The notes under the pieces: model-generated
The model's database searches: none
What the model was told of the DNA's origin: nothing
What the model saw: the letters and a program-made list of their open reading frames with translations, nothing else
Shown: piece by piece, positions 50,740-64,000 of the stretch
How the letters are laid out: every line of letters starts with the position of its first letter
Numbering within the stretch: position 1 is the first letter of the stretch
Translations under genes and position numbers: made by a program
Origin: Epiperipatus broadwayi
Lineage: Eukaryota > Animalia > Onychophora
Assembly (NCBI GenBank): GCA_028023455.1
Contig: JAQFVV010000001.1
Span: 4,278,001-4,342,000, forward strand
Reading direction: 5' to 3'
Length of the DNA stretch: 64,000 bases

Positions 50740-52339
50740 TTTCTGGAGTTTGGCTTCATATTTCACCAATATTAATGAAAAAACTATTCATGTTTCATAC
50801 CTTATTAGATGCAAATTGCACAATCTGATAATCTTCATCATTGATGAATCATTACTATTTCTGATAATAAAAGATGGTGTTGAAATTATGTTTGGTGACA
50901 AAATCTTTGAAGAAATTTAATTAATTCCACTTTCTAATAATGCAGTGCATGCAAAGTCGATGAATAGATCAGGTTATCAACAGGATTAAAGCTAGTATTT
51001 TGTTTCTTCTGCAATTGGATAATTCGCTGGATATACAAAGTTCATCCCAATTGATTGTTTTAATTTTATATGGAGTGATGAGCCACATGAAGATATACTA
51101 TTTTGTGAAACAATTATTCAAGTTATTATTGAGGAAATTTTTTGGAACTTTTGAAACTTATGAAAACCAAAGAAACCATATTGGATGAACTGTCTTTACA
51201 TATATATATAGTGCACAGACAATAGTAAAAATAGTGGTATTATGACTACAGTCTTAAATGAAGTACAAATGGGTCGTGCATTCACTGTAGGTTTTATAGA
51301 GGAGGATTAGTATTTTAAACTATATTAGAATATTTGAAACATATTTTGAACACTTCTGTAAAAATTGTAAATTTTATCAAGAGCAAACCATTCTAACAAG
51401 CTTATTTGAATGTGTTTGAAGAGATGGTACATTTTCACAAATTATTCTTTTGCATACTGAAGTTTGTGGGCTATCAAGGGGTAAGATGATTCTGGATGGA
51501 CAAACGAAGCAAAATCTTTGTATGATAAGAAATATATTTTGAAATTCACTTATTTGGCAGAAATATTTTTGAAATATTTACAAGGAAAAGATGGAGCTGA
51601 TATATTTGCTATACATGATAATAAAATGTGAGGTTTTACCAAAATACTTTATTTATCGAGGAAAAAATATTGAAGACTGAAACTAAGATTATTTCAAGAT
51701 GTTCACAACTTTTATCACTAAAAATGAAGTGACATCAACTGATAATTTAATTTCTATAAGAGTTGCATATCTAAATTCATTGAAAGAAACCTTTGATTAT
51801 TATTTTAAAATGAAAAAATTAACAATCATAAGAAAAACATGATCATGGATTCATTTCAGGGTAATAGTGTCTCTATTGTTATATCTATAAAGGCAAAAAG
51901 AAGAACACATTGGTTTGGCTCAAGACATTTAGTTAAAAATGAATTTTGATTATAAAAAATTGTCTAGTTTAACTATCAGTACAAAAAAACATATATCAAT
52001 CTTTTTCTATTGCAGTTGAAGAATGCTACTTCATGCAGGTTTGATTTTCAGCAATGATAGGAATTAAAAACAAATTTTGAAACATCTTGCATCTGAAAAT
52101 AACATGTTACAAACCATCAGCAAAAGTGAAACAAGAAATTTCTCATATATACATCATTAGATATCTGATTAATAAATATATATATATTAATTTTATATTC
52201 CATAAGAAATTTAAAAATAAAAAAAGTGATTTATTTATTTAACACTTTCTTTCCTTTAAAATATATATTGTGAGCAAACAACTAAAAATTATACATTTTC
52301 AAAACTGAATCTTGGCCCATAAATGACTGGCAAATCCTG
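50740..52339 (+). mobile_element. Decayed hAT transposon (Charlie/Buster/SPIN-type transposase relic)
   Basis: Remnants QVDE, HCRFYREE, VKIVNFIKSKP and HTEVCGLSRGK (compare HTEVRWLSRGK). The right end ...GACTGGCAAATCCTG is followed by ATCTAGAG (52340-52347), which fits the NTCTAGAN target site. The left TIR was not found. Confidence 0.85.
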
Positions 52340-52379
52340 ATCTAGAGTATTATTTTCTTGCAATTTTAAAACTATTTCT

Positions 52380-52670
52380 GGCCTCATGTATAATGGTTAA
52401 GGCATCTCCTAGTTTGGGATATGAATTGGGGTTAGATTAATATTGGAAATTCTTTCTGACTGCAAGCAGATTTAGGATTATTTCCCCCCCAGATAGTTGG
52501 CCTTTAACCAACCCAGGTGGCTACCCACTATAGGCTAGTAAATGGATATTTAACTATCATTAGGTAAAGAGTTATGGTTCAAGTTAATGTGAATTGCCAT
52601 GAGGCTAGATGCAACCTCTCAGGCATTAAGAAAGTGTTATACTCCTATGAGTGCTGCTGAACCTATTAGC
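52380..52670 (+). mobile_element. tRNA-headed SINE with a central core-like domain (decayed)
   Basis: A-box-like TGTATAATGGTTAAGG, B-box-like GGGTTAGATT and a core-like CCCAC...GTAAATGGATA; a second copy lies at 38370-38530. Confidence 0.5.
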
Positions 52671-54359
52671 CTCAAATTATTCATAGCAAATAATCCTAAA
52701 AACTTTTCAGAGCCAAAAGCCTCTAAATCACAGTCATCTAAAATATGATTTTAGTGAAATTAATATACACATCACTGTGAATAATCTTTGCATTATGTCC
52801 TAGACTACCATTAATCTGAATATCTCTCATTTATAAATTTCTATTATTCAGGCAAAATTACTGCTATACGAAAATTTTGTGCTCATGTAAACACAATTTA
52901 AAGTGTTATATTTTTATTAATATAATTAATTATTACAGTATACAAAGTGTGTGTGTATATGTATAACTATAGATAGTAAAATTGATGTATATTTACATTT
53001 TCAGTGGAGTTTGGATATTATTATAATGACAGTGAAAAGGTTTATATGTTGAAATCCAAAAAATTTACAAGTCCAAGAAACTTTGAATCCAGAGATTTTG
53101 GATTTATAAGTCTAACTATATTAGGTTTTCATTTGAAGTTTTGTTTAAAATTAAACATTTACATATTGCTATTTTTTATTATTACTTTTTTGTTTTTTGG
53201 TATCTTTTTTTAAATACTGTAATTTTATCAATCATTCTTTTTCATAATAATGACTAGCAAATTTAAGCTGGTTGGTGTGTTTTTCTTTTTTTCTCTGCTA
53301 GAAACCTTTAGCTGTGAATCATCATTTATGCAATCCATTTCATGTCATATTTTACAGTTTATTATTTTTTTTGATAAAGTCTAAACAAAATGGATAATTA
53401 TGATTTTATATATTATTTGAATTTATTATTTTTATAATGTTATTTTATTTTAAAATGCCTTTTTTTTTTTGACTAATAATCATGAAATTTTTTTTATAAA
53501 AAAGTTGACAGGCCAGCTATTAATTTTGATGGAGCTAAGGTTGTCTTCTTTGAGAGAAATTAAATCAAAAGAAGAATTAAAGAATCTTTGTTATTGAAAA
53601 TTTATTGTTCTGAAGCAATTAACTTATTTAAGAGTTCTTTTAATATTAAGGGTGGATGGGAAATAAATGGATTTGTGGATAATGTTTAATATTATATATT
53701 TGTAGTTCTTTACACTTGAGAAATCTGCTTGCAGCAGTGAAACCTTTGGTTGTGTTTTATTATTATTTCTTGGCTGGTCTGGTTGAATTTTGGATTTGGG
53801 GTAATTTTAATTAGAAATAAAAAAGTACAATTTATAATCAATTCTGTAAATTAACAAAAAAAAATATTTATCTCCAAAATTATTTTTTAAAAAATGCACA
53901 GAATTAATTGTAAACTGTAATTTATTTATGTATATGTAAATATCAAATGTTAAGCTCTTTTGGGATAAATTTACATATTTTTTAAAATATATTTTAAAAT
54001 ATATATAATAAAAAATTTACATATTTTTCCACCACTATATATATTCAGACTCTCAACTGCAAGGTTTTATTCTGCAATATGATTCTGGAAAAACTGGCTT
54101 AATGCTACTAAATATAAATTGGGTTTTTCTTACACCTTTTCATATCATTAAAAAGTGTTTGATCTGTAAAGTATATGTGTAGTGAAGTAATCTACTATTA
54201 TTATTACAATTTAAAACATTGCATTATATAAATAAAATATTTGTTACATTTTAACTTGCGTATCTCAAGTTTTTGAGTATTATTTATGTATACCAACTTA
54301 AAAAAAAAAAAAAATTGCATCAGAAAACATACTCTCAGCATATCTATGTATATAATATT

Positions 54360-56150
54360 TTTTTCACCAATTCTCTCCACTTTGATCTGTTTTTTGCAAG
54401 AATTCTGAGCAAATGCTGATTAGCTCCATGCCATTTTGATATTCTTTGTCTATATTTGATAGTCTTTTTTTATTTCTACCTGTGTAAGACCAAAAATTAG
54501 GATTTTTAGTTTTTCATCATTCATTCTATATGCATGGAAACAGTTTTCTAAAACTTTCTTCAGTAAAATTTCAACTAGTTTTTTTAGATAACCGTTCATT
54601 GGAAACTTATGCATCTATCCAATTGTTAATAACTTATAAATGTTCAAATTTTTTTCATTGAATGTTTTATTGTTTTCCCTGTTTCATAATGTTTTAATGC
54701 TTTAGTATTACCATATTACTCTACATCTTATATGATTTGTGACCTGATATCATTGCTTTTCCAAATCCTTTCCATGACTTGCAGACATATTTTTGCTTGA
54801 GTTATTTCTATTTTCTTATATAAAATTTTAGTATTGTTTAGTTCAATTTCATTAGTTTGTATTTACTTTTTTTCTATTTCTTTTTTCTAAATATAATTGC
54901 TTTGTTCATATTTATGTATGTATCATATCTTTCCATTTATTTAGTATCTGTAATGTGAATTTCTGTTTATCTTCTTCAATGAATATTATCTGTATATCTT
55001 AAATTATACCAATAAAACATCACATGACTTCAGTTTACATACTAACAATATAATGATATAATTATTGAACTAGATTCATTTCTATATGGCTATACTAGCA
55101 AATTGATTTAGATTTAAAAACATTTAAATGTTTTTCAGTGTGGGCAGATAGCTTAATAATATAATATAGAAATAAATGGTAGAAGCTAGAGGGAGGTGCA
55201 TTATATTCTAAGGTCCAGTTGCACTGTTCCGAGATTCGAAGCTCCACACTGGCGAAAGCTATAAGCTTGAAACTAGTCTGGGGATATTGGATAGGAAAGC
55301 ATAGGATAGGGATTTTTTAAGCATTGTCATCTAATAACTAACATTGCTTTCTAAAGCTTACTGTAAGTGGCATAAAGTAGGTGAAAAAGTATTTTTAATA
55401 TACCAATTTATTTAGATTCACTTATATTGATGTTTCTTAGCAATATTTTTTTTTTTAATATTATCCATTACTCTATCCTGATACATTATCAATATGTTTG
55501 ATGAAATAGAATCTTTTTTTTTTTTTCAATTTTATATTAGCTTCCATTTTCTCCATACATTCTCTTGACTGCTTTAGATAATTTTTATAAGGTTATTGCT
55601 CAATCATCTTTTGGTTGTTTTTTTTTTTTTTTAAGTCTTTTTGAGAGGCAACAAAATTACAGATACATTCTGTTTTTTTTTCTTCACTGAGAATAATAAT
55701 ATACTGTATTTTGTATAATCTTTTTTTTTAATCTGATTTATTCATCTGCCAAATATTTTTTTAGCTCAGCTTTTAGTCTTTCATTTAATATATTTATTGT
55801 GATTTTTCTAAAATATTAGTTTAATGCAATAGATATAATATTTTTCACATTTTGTCATACTTTTCTTTTTTATAGATTAACATTAACGGTTTTTTTGTTC
55901 GTGCTTTAAATACAGCGTCTTCTTAACATGCAATATGATATAGCTACAAATTTTTTGGAAATAAATGATCTCCATCATATCTGATTATTTCTGCAATTAT
56001 TCTATTAGTTCCAGATTTCCCATTCTTTTTCAATTTTATTAAATAGCATTACAATTTCATGAAGCTTTTCCATCATTTTTCCAGATATTTTTCATCAAAA
56101 TATTTTTTAGACCAGTATTTTGACTGTTGCTTTAAAGTTTCATTTTTAGT
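54360..56150 (-). mobile_element. Decayed RTE family B LINE, minus strand
   Basis: Minus-strand remnants SWKGFGK (compare AW.AFGK) and terminal AQN...RSKWRELV; interrupted by a family B HHR segment at ~55180-55400. Confidence 0.5.
55243..55284 (+). ncRNA. Minimal type I hammerhead ribozyme, family B (A6-to-G lesion)
   Basis: TCCACA CTGGCGA AAGCT ATA AGCTT GAAA CTAG T C TGGGGA: stem II is perfect, stem III is the palindrome ACTAGT, GUC triplet, stem I pairs 5 of 6. Confidence 0.7.
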
Positions 56151-58199
56151 GATTAGTGTTTTTATTGTCGTCAGTTATGAAACAATAATGATAATATTAT
56201 AAGAATATTAGATAAAAATTTGTTAAGTGAATTATATTTGAACAAAAACATGTAACTTCGATTTATTTTTAATACTCTTTATTAGTATATGTGTTCAATT
56301 TTTTAAAATTATGGAATAAATAAAACTTGCACTTTTGGTGTGAATTTTACCATTTATTTTACAAGAAAATGAACTGCTCTAATGATATTAACATCCTATT
56401 GCATCAGTATTATTATAAAATGGCTACCATTTCAAAAAATATATGTATTTTTTTTTAAATGTTACAATTAATAATTACTTGTTTATTGAAATAGTGGATG
56501 CAAATTGATGATGATTGTTATAGCAATCATCATAAAGTTTCTTCATATGAGGAGTAAGAATTTTTTAAAAAAATTTTCACAATAAATAGTTACTTGTTTA
56601 TTGAAGTAGTAAGGGTGATGATGTTATGGAAAATCATTATGTAAAGGGTCCTCACATGATGGAGTTAGAATGGATATTTTTTTCCATATGTATTTCCCCA
56701 TTAGCATATATTAAGCCTGGAAAACCAATCCTCTGTCATAAAATTTAACATATTATGCATTTCGTATATATATGGAAATAAAAAACATTTCTTAGTTATA
56801 TTTATTATTATTTTCATCAAGAGAAAAGAATATTTGAATAAATATGGAGACTTCTTTCTATTTTTATTATATTCAAATCTCCCAGCCATCATCTCTCATC
56901 AACTCCTTTAATTTAATAACATGTATATTTTTTTATTCTTTCTGAACCTGATATTATTTTTCTCCCATATTCTGAATACACATTTAAAAGAATACATATA
57001 TGTTTTTTGTCTTTTATAAAAAAAATAATATTAGTAAAAAAAATGTTTTAAATATATTTTTTCCTATCTTTATCCCTACCTCACATTCACCAATTGTATT
57101 TTATTAAAGTCAAAATGGAAATAAAATGTATCCTTATTTTAGAACTATTTCATTTTTTATCTTTGTAGACTTTGTTATCTTACTGATGAATATTCATTTT
57201 CATATTATACATACATATTAATAATCTTAATCAGATCCCTATTGATAATTTCCACATATCTTTGTCATTCTATTGTATTTTTTTTAAATTTATACACACA
57301 AAAAAGCTGTCAATATTTTTTATGCAACTACATTATGCTTGATAGCATAACTACTCAAAAACGATCTACTGTAACAGTTTTTCAACTTTTAGATATATCT
57401 TATGCATCATAATTTTAATAAACCATGCCAGCAATATTTTTCCTTTTAATGTATACCATGTCCTTTACTATACTATCTACCCCTTTCAATTTTTAATTTT
57501 TTTTTTCATATCTTTCATCTATCTGTGTTAAATAAATCTTATTATTTTTTGTTTCATTCTTTTCTATTTGCATCTTATATTCATTCAAAATTTCATGCAT
57601 ATTCTTCTCTGATTTTTTTGGTACTATTTCGATCGGTTAACTCTGATTTCCTTTATTTTTATATGGTTTTAAAATGTTTTATATTTTTCTTTTCTTGCTT
57701 ACCTAATATTCTATGCAAATTTTTATGTTATTATTGTTTTGAGCCTTCCTGATTTACATTTTTTTCTCATTTTTTATTTATATGTATACATTCTTTTACT
57801 AATTTATATTTTCTTGACATTCTACCTTTTTAACAGTTATTTTATATTTTCTTTGTACCTTTTTCTGTTACTACTACTTATTTTTATTTGTTTCACTTTT
57901 TCTTTATAATACATTTGTATTCCTTTTCTAATCATTTATTTGCAGCCTGATTTATTTTTAGGTACCAAATGCCGGAATTGATCTCCCTTCTCTGTTATCA
58001 TATTTTCCATATCTTGAAAAAAAACAACTTATTTTCTTTATTATTTATTTTCAATATTTTTTAAATGGACCTTTTACTTCAGTGGTTAAACATATTGTCT
58101 CAAATTTGATGAAGTTATAATAACCACCCTTTTCTTTTTTCTGATGTACATTTTAATCTAATTTTGTATATTATCCAATAAAACATTTTTTTATTTTGA

Positions 58200-59100
58200 A
58201 ACAGTCGATCTTAGTTCAAGATCGAGTTTCACTATTCTACCACTTAGCTTACGTTTCATCCTGCTATTTTTTTTTTTGTCATATGTATATAAACTATACG
58301 TATATTTCTGAGAAGCGTCTATAAAAGTTACAAATATAAATTTTAAATAAAAATTCTTTAATTTTGATATTAATGTCACTAGATGCGACTCAGATATATA
58401 CATATATTAACAGAGCTTTTATATATATAAAAGCGCAAACAAATATTGTAAATAATTTTTTTTTTTTTTTCCTTTGATTATATCTTATTTATTTTGTAAT
58501 TATTTTTCGTTATAAAACTACATAAAAATTCAAGATGGAAGATGCAATCGTCGACTGTCAAGAATAATTAAAGGCGTGAGAACATTACTTTGTTTCATGA
58601 TTAAAAAGGAATTTTTAAATTAAAGTAAAATTTAAAACAAAACTAATTGATTTAGTTAGCTGTTAATATTTTTATTAAATCTATTTCCAATCTGTAAATT
58701 GATTTGAATTTATTTTTGGACAGTTATCTTGCGATTGCATCTCCAATAACAAAAGAGAGAATATTTCTGTAAATTAAAGATTAATTAAGAGTTAATAAGT
58801 TTAATTAAAAACATTCTTTGAATAACTCAAAATTTATATCAATAGGGCCAAAAATCTATTGTAACAGAGTTCGATCAATAGTCGCTAACTGACTTCACGT
58901 TTGTTTAATTTTGAGGGACCTAAGCCACCTTCCCCTCCATCTTCAGCCCGACTCTTCCGTGCAGAGATATAGCTCCTACTGCTCAAGTGTGCCCATGCCG
59001 TCAAAGAACTCCCGAAGCTGAGACATGTTAAATCAAAGAATGCCGCCTCCCACAGAAGACTTGTGCCTACTTCATCCCATAAAGTCATGAGGTAACAAGT
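58200..59100. promoter_or_regulatory. CpG-enriched, promoter-like region
   Basis: Roughly 20 CpG in 900 bp against about 2 in 11000-12000 (hand count). TATATAAAAG at ~58424, and candidate donors ggc|gtgaga (~58576) and ATGAG|gtaaca (~59091). Confidence 0.45.
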
Positions 59101-60944
59101 CTAAGGCCATTACAATTGTCTTACATGAATCCTAACTCCTTAAAATTAATGTTTTTTTATGTTAAACCTCTTTAACTAGCTAATCAACAAGCACTAATAA
59201 TTATTTCCTTGGTATCAATTCTCTATAACCTAAACTAATCTTATTATATATTTCATCCAACTCACGCTTCTTATTTTTCTTATAATTTAGTGCGGTTATA
59301 ATATAATATTAATGATATTTTTGTATTTTCACTTGATTTATATTTGTAAATGTCAATCAGACTTAGTCTTACGAACTTCTATATTCCACTGTGGAATAGA
59401 AGGGGGGGGTAATGAGTTCTTGTTAGTTATCTCTAAATAGCTCATAAGATTGAGTTTGTATTTTAAATAAATATATGCTTTTTAAAAAAATATTTGATCG
59501 TAAATTTATACAAAATGTATAAATACTTTGCAATCTGGGGTGGATATTGTTAAATTTATTAATTTCTTTATTGAACATCATCGCCAAAAATGCTGACGAC
59601 TTAAATCTATTGTGTTATTCGCACTTGAATTTTAATTTTTTTATATGTTAAACCAAATATTGATTCAAGAAGGGGGAGCAATGCACGCTTCATTAATTAT
59701 AATTTAACTTATGATAAATGACTTTATCTTACATGGGTCATTATTTTAGCATATCATTACGTATTTGTTAAACCATTTAAGGCTTTACTTTAATATTTAA
59801 ATTCAGTGACTTTATATTCTTATGATAGCATTGCTGGCATATGTCAAATTATTAATAAGTCACATAGAGCTTGATCTGATTCACCTATACCTAATTCCAG
59901 GGATTCATGATCGTCTTCGTTTGTCATTCTTATCCATAAAGTATATATTTATATACTGCTTTGATTCGCCTGTACCTAATTCCAGGGATTCGAAGCATTC
60001 TGTTCTTTTTTATTGTTCTCGTTCATAACAGGGGTCTAAGTCTACTACCTGGAACAAGCTGGCTAGTGTAGTTGAAGCTCTGCATGGACTTATCCTAAAC
60101 CAGATCCATAGCAACTTCCTACCTAACTTTTCCATTAGGTACCGCTTAGCCTGAAGCTGGCGTATCACCTTCAAATAGAATGATGTTTTCTTGGTCAAAT
60201 GTGCCACTCTCTCTCTCACTGACATAATGCTAGCACTGCAATTTTCTGTTTCGTTTTTTAGCCTGTTTGACAAAATAAATCGTAATGATATGTGATAATG
60301 GAACATTTTTCTCTTTGTAATTTTTCATTGGAGTTTAGATCCAACCTGTCATGAAGCTGCCCTCCCCTCTATTGAAACAAGCCGTTCCCATATTTATAGT
60401 GTTCCGCTATATTCTATCGTTAAATGTTGAAAATGTAAAATAAATAATGTTTTAGTCTACTTATTGATCAAAATGTACCCTTATTTTAATTGTTGTAAAT
60501 AAAGTCTATAAATGAAAATTAACTTATGTATTAAATGTTAAGGACATCCTACTAAAATCGGATAATCAGTGAAACTCTATGGTTATATTTTTGTGTTTTT
60601 TTATTTATTAAAATGTATAAGACGTCCACCAAACCACCCAGATAAATTTGTTTTGTAACATTGAATAAAATCCTATTTTTAAATATACGTTCAGTATTGT
60701 AACTGCCGCACTAAATTAATACTTGTTAAAATAAAAACAATTGAATCAAGTTTGTTAAATGTTTATAATGAAAATAAAGTTTTAAAGGTATAAAGTTGAT
60801 TATATATATATATATAACTCATCTTGAATTTTGCCCAAATAAATATTTATATTTTAAACTTTAATCCAGTTGTTCAAATCTCCTTAATATATTTATTTTA
60901 TGCTTTTTTTTACTTATATCTTGGGTTCACTCAATCTCTCATCA

Positions 60945-60955
60945 TCATCATCTGT
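60945..60955. repeat. Short (CAT)n run
   Basis: tcatcatcatcatc near 60940-60955. Confidence 0.6.
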
Positions 60956-63559
60956 TGAGTTCTCATGCAGAACGATGTAGCACCGGGCCCGGAAATAATT
61001 AATTTATGTAGTATCACCGGAGGTGTTGTCTGTAGTGTTATAGATTTGGGGAATGGGCAAACAGATTAGAATTTATGATTGCTCCTGACCTGTGTATCTC
61101 GGACATGATTGGATTCGGGGTACTTTGGCTTAGATTCTAAATCTTGAAGGATGAACATAGATTTTCGACCAGTACAATTTAAATATATTATTAGGCTTCA
61201 TGTATCTTCATTATATTTCTAATTTTTTTTTTATATGATGTAATAACTCTTTCTATGAAATTGTCTATATGTATTAGTTACTCTTAATTTATATAATACT
61301 GTATTTATAAAATATTTGTTATTAATTTCTATTTTTTCGATTTTATTTTCAAGTTGCCTCTTAATTCATAATTTTTTTATTATTTGTCATCCACCTACCT
61401 ACAAATAAAAATTTAAAAAAAATATTTTTTTACATAGTCTTTTTTCTCATTTTATATATGAATTCTATTTTCATCATTTCTCCAGTTTTTACTTAAATAG
61501 TTATATTCTAATAACACATTTTTAATATTTTCTGTCTTTCACTCACTTAAATCACACTATAAATTTAGTTTTTTTAAAACGTTTTGTTTTTAAACATTCT
61601 GCTATATAGTTTTTATTTTGTTTGCAGACTTCATATTTTAGTCTTAAGTACTAAATACTCAAATTTTGATGTTATTGTTTTAATACTATTTTATGTGGGC
61701 TTTTTAATACTTATTTTAAATTTCCATAACATTTTTTATTTATTTACGAAATTTACTATTCTTCTATTACAATCTCTAATGTATTGTATTTATAATACAA
61801 TATTCTATTGGAATGTTGATCCTGATTTTTGTGTAGATACATTTGTGATTATTATTAATTGTCATCTAGTGGAAAATCTGTGAAGCCAATTAAATACAGT
61901 ATTTCAATATTCCAATTTTTAGTCTTGGACTACTAAGGAATTCACATTTCATTTATATATCTTTTATGCTATTTATTCACAGTATTTGCTAATAATTCCA
62001 TATAAAAATATCAGTAGAAAACAGTTTACTTATTCAGTGTTTTAAAAAATCTTAATTCAATTGAAAATTAGGCTTTGCCCAGATTAATAGTTTAATTTTT
62101 TTTTTTGTCAGTCATTTCAAATATGTAACAATTGTTTCTTATGTATTAAAAAACGGTAAGTTATTTTTTTAAAACTGATTAAAAAATACTGCAATGTTTA
62201 AATTTTAATACTTTGTTTTAAAATATGGACTTATTTTGAAAATGTATTTCATTTATTTGCTTTTTGTACAAGATAATAATTATAATTATTTGTAATAAGT
62301 TATTACTAAAAATCATGATATACCAGTATTTTAAAAATAAAAATCTAAAAAAAAAGATATAAATGAAAAGTTAATATTTACAAAATTATAAATTAAAAAA
62401 AGTGTTTCCAAATTTTTAAAACATATTCTTGTATATTTTTGCTATATTTTGTCAAATTCTATAAAGAAACTACTACTGATATGTATTATCTTTCATTGCT
62501 TTAACCTGTTCGTTTTTTCTCTCTGTCAACATATTCCATTTTCAAATAAATACTTAGTATTTTCTTCTGATGCTTTATTGAAACAGGAAAAAGTTAGAAA
62601 CTATGTAATATTTTTGCTATAAAATATAATAGGTGTGAATATTACAAATACATTTTGAAAACTGGATTAAATCAACATCCATTTATCTTATGAAGATTTT
62701 TATGTAAATAAATATTTATACTTTTTGTGTGTATAAATGTATATATGTTTGTGTGTACATGAAAGGTTCATAATAGAGAAATAGGGTAGTAGTCCATCTA
62801 GCCAATAAATTGATCATCATTGATGTTAACATATTTAAATATGTAAAGTTATATTAAATCATTAGTATCCTAATATATGTTTATGGATAGAGTACATTTC
62901 TTATTTATTGTTGTTGATTTTATATTAATGGAAGCTTATAAAAGTAAAATATATTTTAAATATGAAATTTTATAATCATTTTTTCCTCTTAATATATTTT
63001 ATTAATATGTAATATGATAATAAAATCTAAAATTAATGTTAATACTTTTACTTTTTAATTAATTTCATTCATTCTATTTGTTGACCAAAATTTTACCTTT
63101 CATAGATATAGTTTCATAATAATTAACACAAAAATACTTCTCATTAAAGAAACAGGTCTGAATGATATTATTTACTTAAATATGTTATGTTCTCAGTTGA
63201 AACCTAAACTAAATATTCTTTTAAAATTAACCTATTTTTAAAATTAGGGTAATTTCCTGATTGAAAAGTTAAACAATTCAGTTTACATAAAAGCAAAAAC
63301 AATGGTGATAGTAAAAAAAAAAAATGCTTGTAGCATATTTAAACTATTACAAATTATATTTTAATAATGTCACATTATATATAATATACTAACTCCAACA
63401 AAAACTTATTTATTTTGAAATAAAGCATGAAATTTTTGAAATTGGTCTATAATAATTAGTAGAAAAATTGTGCAAATATAAAATTATTGCAAATAATTAT
63501 ATTTATTAGTAACACTATTCCTAAAAATTATTTTTATTTATTATAACAAGATGACAACA

Positions 63560-64000
63560 TACTGTGGATTACAATACTTTACATATCAACATGCAGATAA
63601 AATAAAGAACATTTGTAAACAAAGGTACAATGTCCCTTTCCAAACACCAACCAGCTCCTCATTAGATTGATAAGCAATACTAAAGACAAACTACAAAATG
63701 AGGCAATTCCACGAATAGTTTATATAAAAAGTTCAGTGTAATGGTAAAGGATGCACAGTGGGATATTATGGATGATTGCAGATCAACATTACTACAAGAG
63801 TATTACAACTTAAGTATTTAACACAAATATGCTAAAGAAAACCCAGAATATACTTCTGAGTTCTTAGATCATGGGGAAAAAAAACCACAGACACAGCTTT
63901 GATTCACAAAACATCAAACTAGAGTATTTGGAACATGATGATAGAAAGAGGAAAGTAAAAGCGGCTTAGTGCATCACAAATAATAGTGTTATAAACAAAA
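63560..64000 (+). mobile_element. Decayed Penelope-like GIY-YIG 3' region
   Basis: With frameshifts it reads ADKIKNICKQRYNV.FQTP...SNTKDKLQNEAIPRIVY..QCNGKGC...YYG...HGEK.HRHSFDS...EHDDRKRKVK, parallel to 3-461. Confidence 0.8.

Noticed and set aside
58885-59088. Minus-strand 67-aa ORF and 60010..60306 98-aa ORF considered as genes
   Set aside because: No recognisable domain; the openness is explained by locally higher GC.
5634-59600. Other CTGANGA heptamers (~5635, 9092, 23783, 26284, 39108, 42538, 57183, 59594)
   Set aside because: No stem II followed by GAAA and no stem I/III pairing.
6089-62000. Most 60-110 aa ORFs in the track (F/I/L/Y/K-rich)
   Set aside because: Their composition is what AT-rich non-coding DNA yields by chance, many start at TTG or GTG, and no domains were recognised.

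Overview
This is very AT-rich, CpG-depleted eukaryotic (probably invertebrate animal) DNA that reads as intronic or intergenic. No host protein-coding gene can be called with confidence; only weak candidate exons and a CpG-rich promoter-like zone near 58-59 kb are visible. The window is dominated by decayed mobile elements: Penelope-like (PLE) retroelements with GIY-YIG endonuclease ends (3-461, 24262-25390, 63560-64000) and older RT relics; two families of RTE-clade LINE relics; a hAT (Charlie/Buster-type) transposase relic and a hAT MITE; and two SINE families, one a ~100 bp tRNA-only SINE with a poly(A) tail and TSDs. The most interesting signal is a set of minimal type I hammerhead ribozyme (HHR) motifs with palindromic stem III. 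Family A has three copies (16118, 19769, 42203) whose consensus is a canonical HHR. Family B has a copy at 55243 and a ~285 bp palindrome centred on the HHR core C at 50162. A degenerate motif also lies right after the first Penelope ORF (515). Several motifs sit in long non-coding foldback elements, which suggests non-autonomous, ribozyme-bearing PLE derivatives (retrozyme-like). All alignments and folds were done by eye, so coordinates of decayed elements are approximate.
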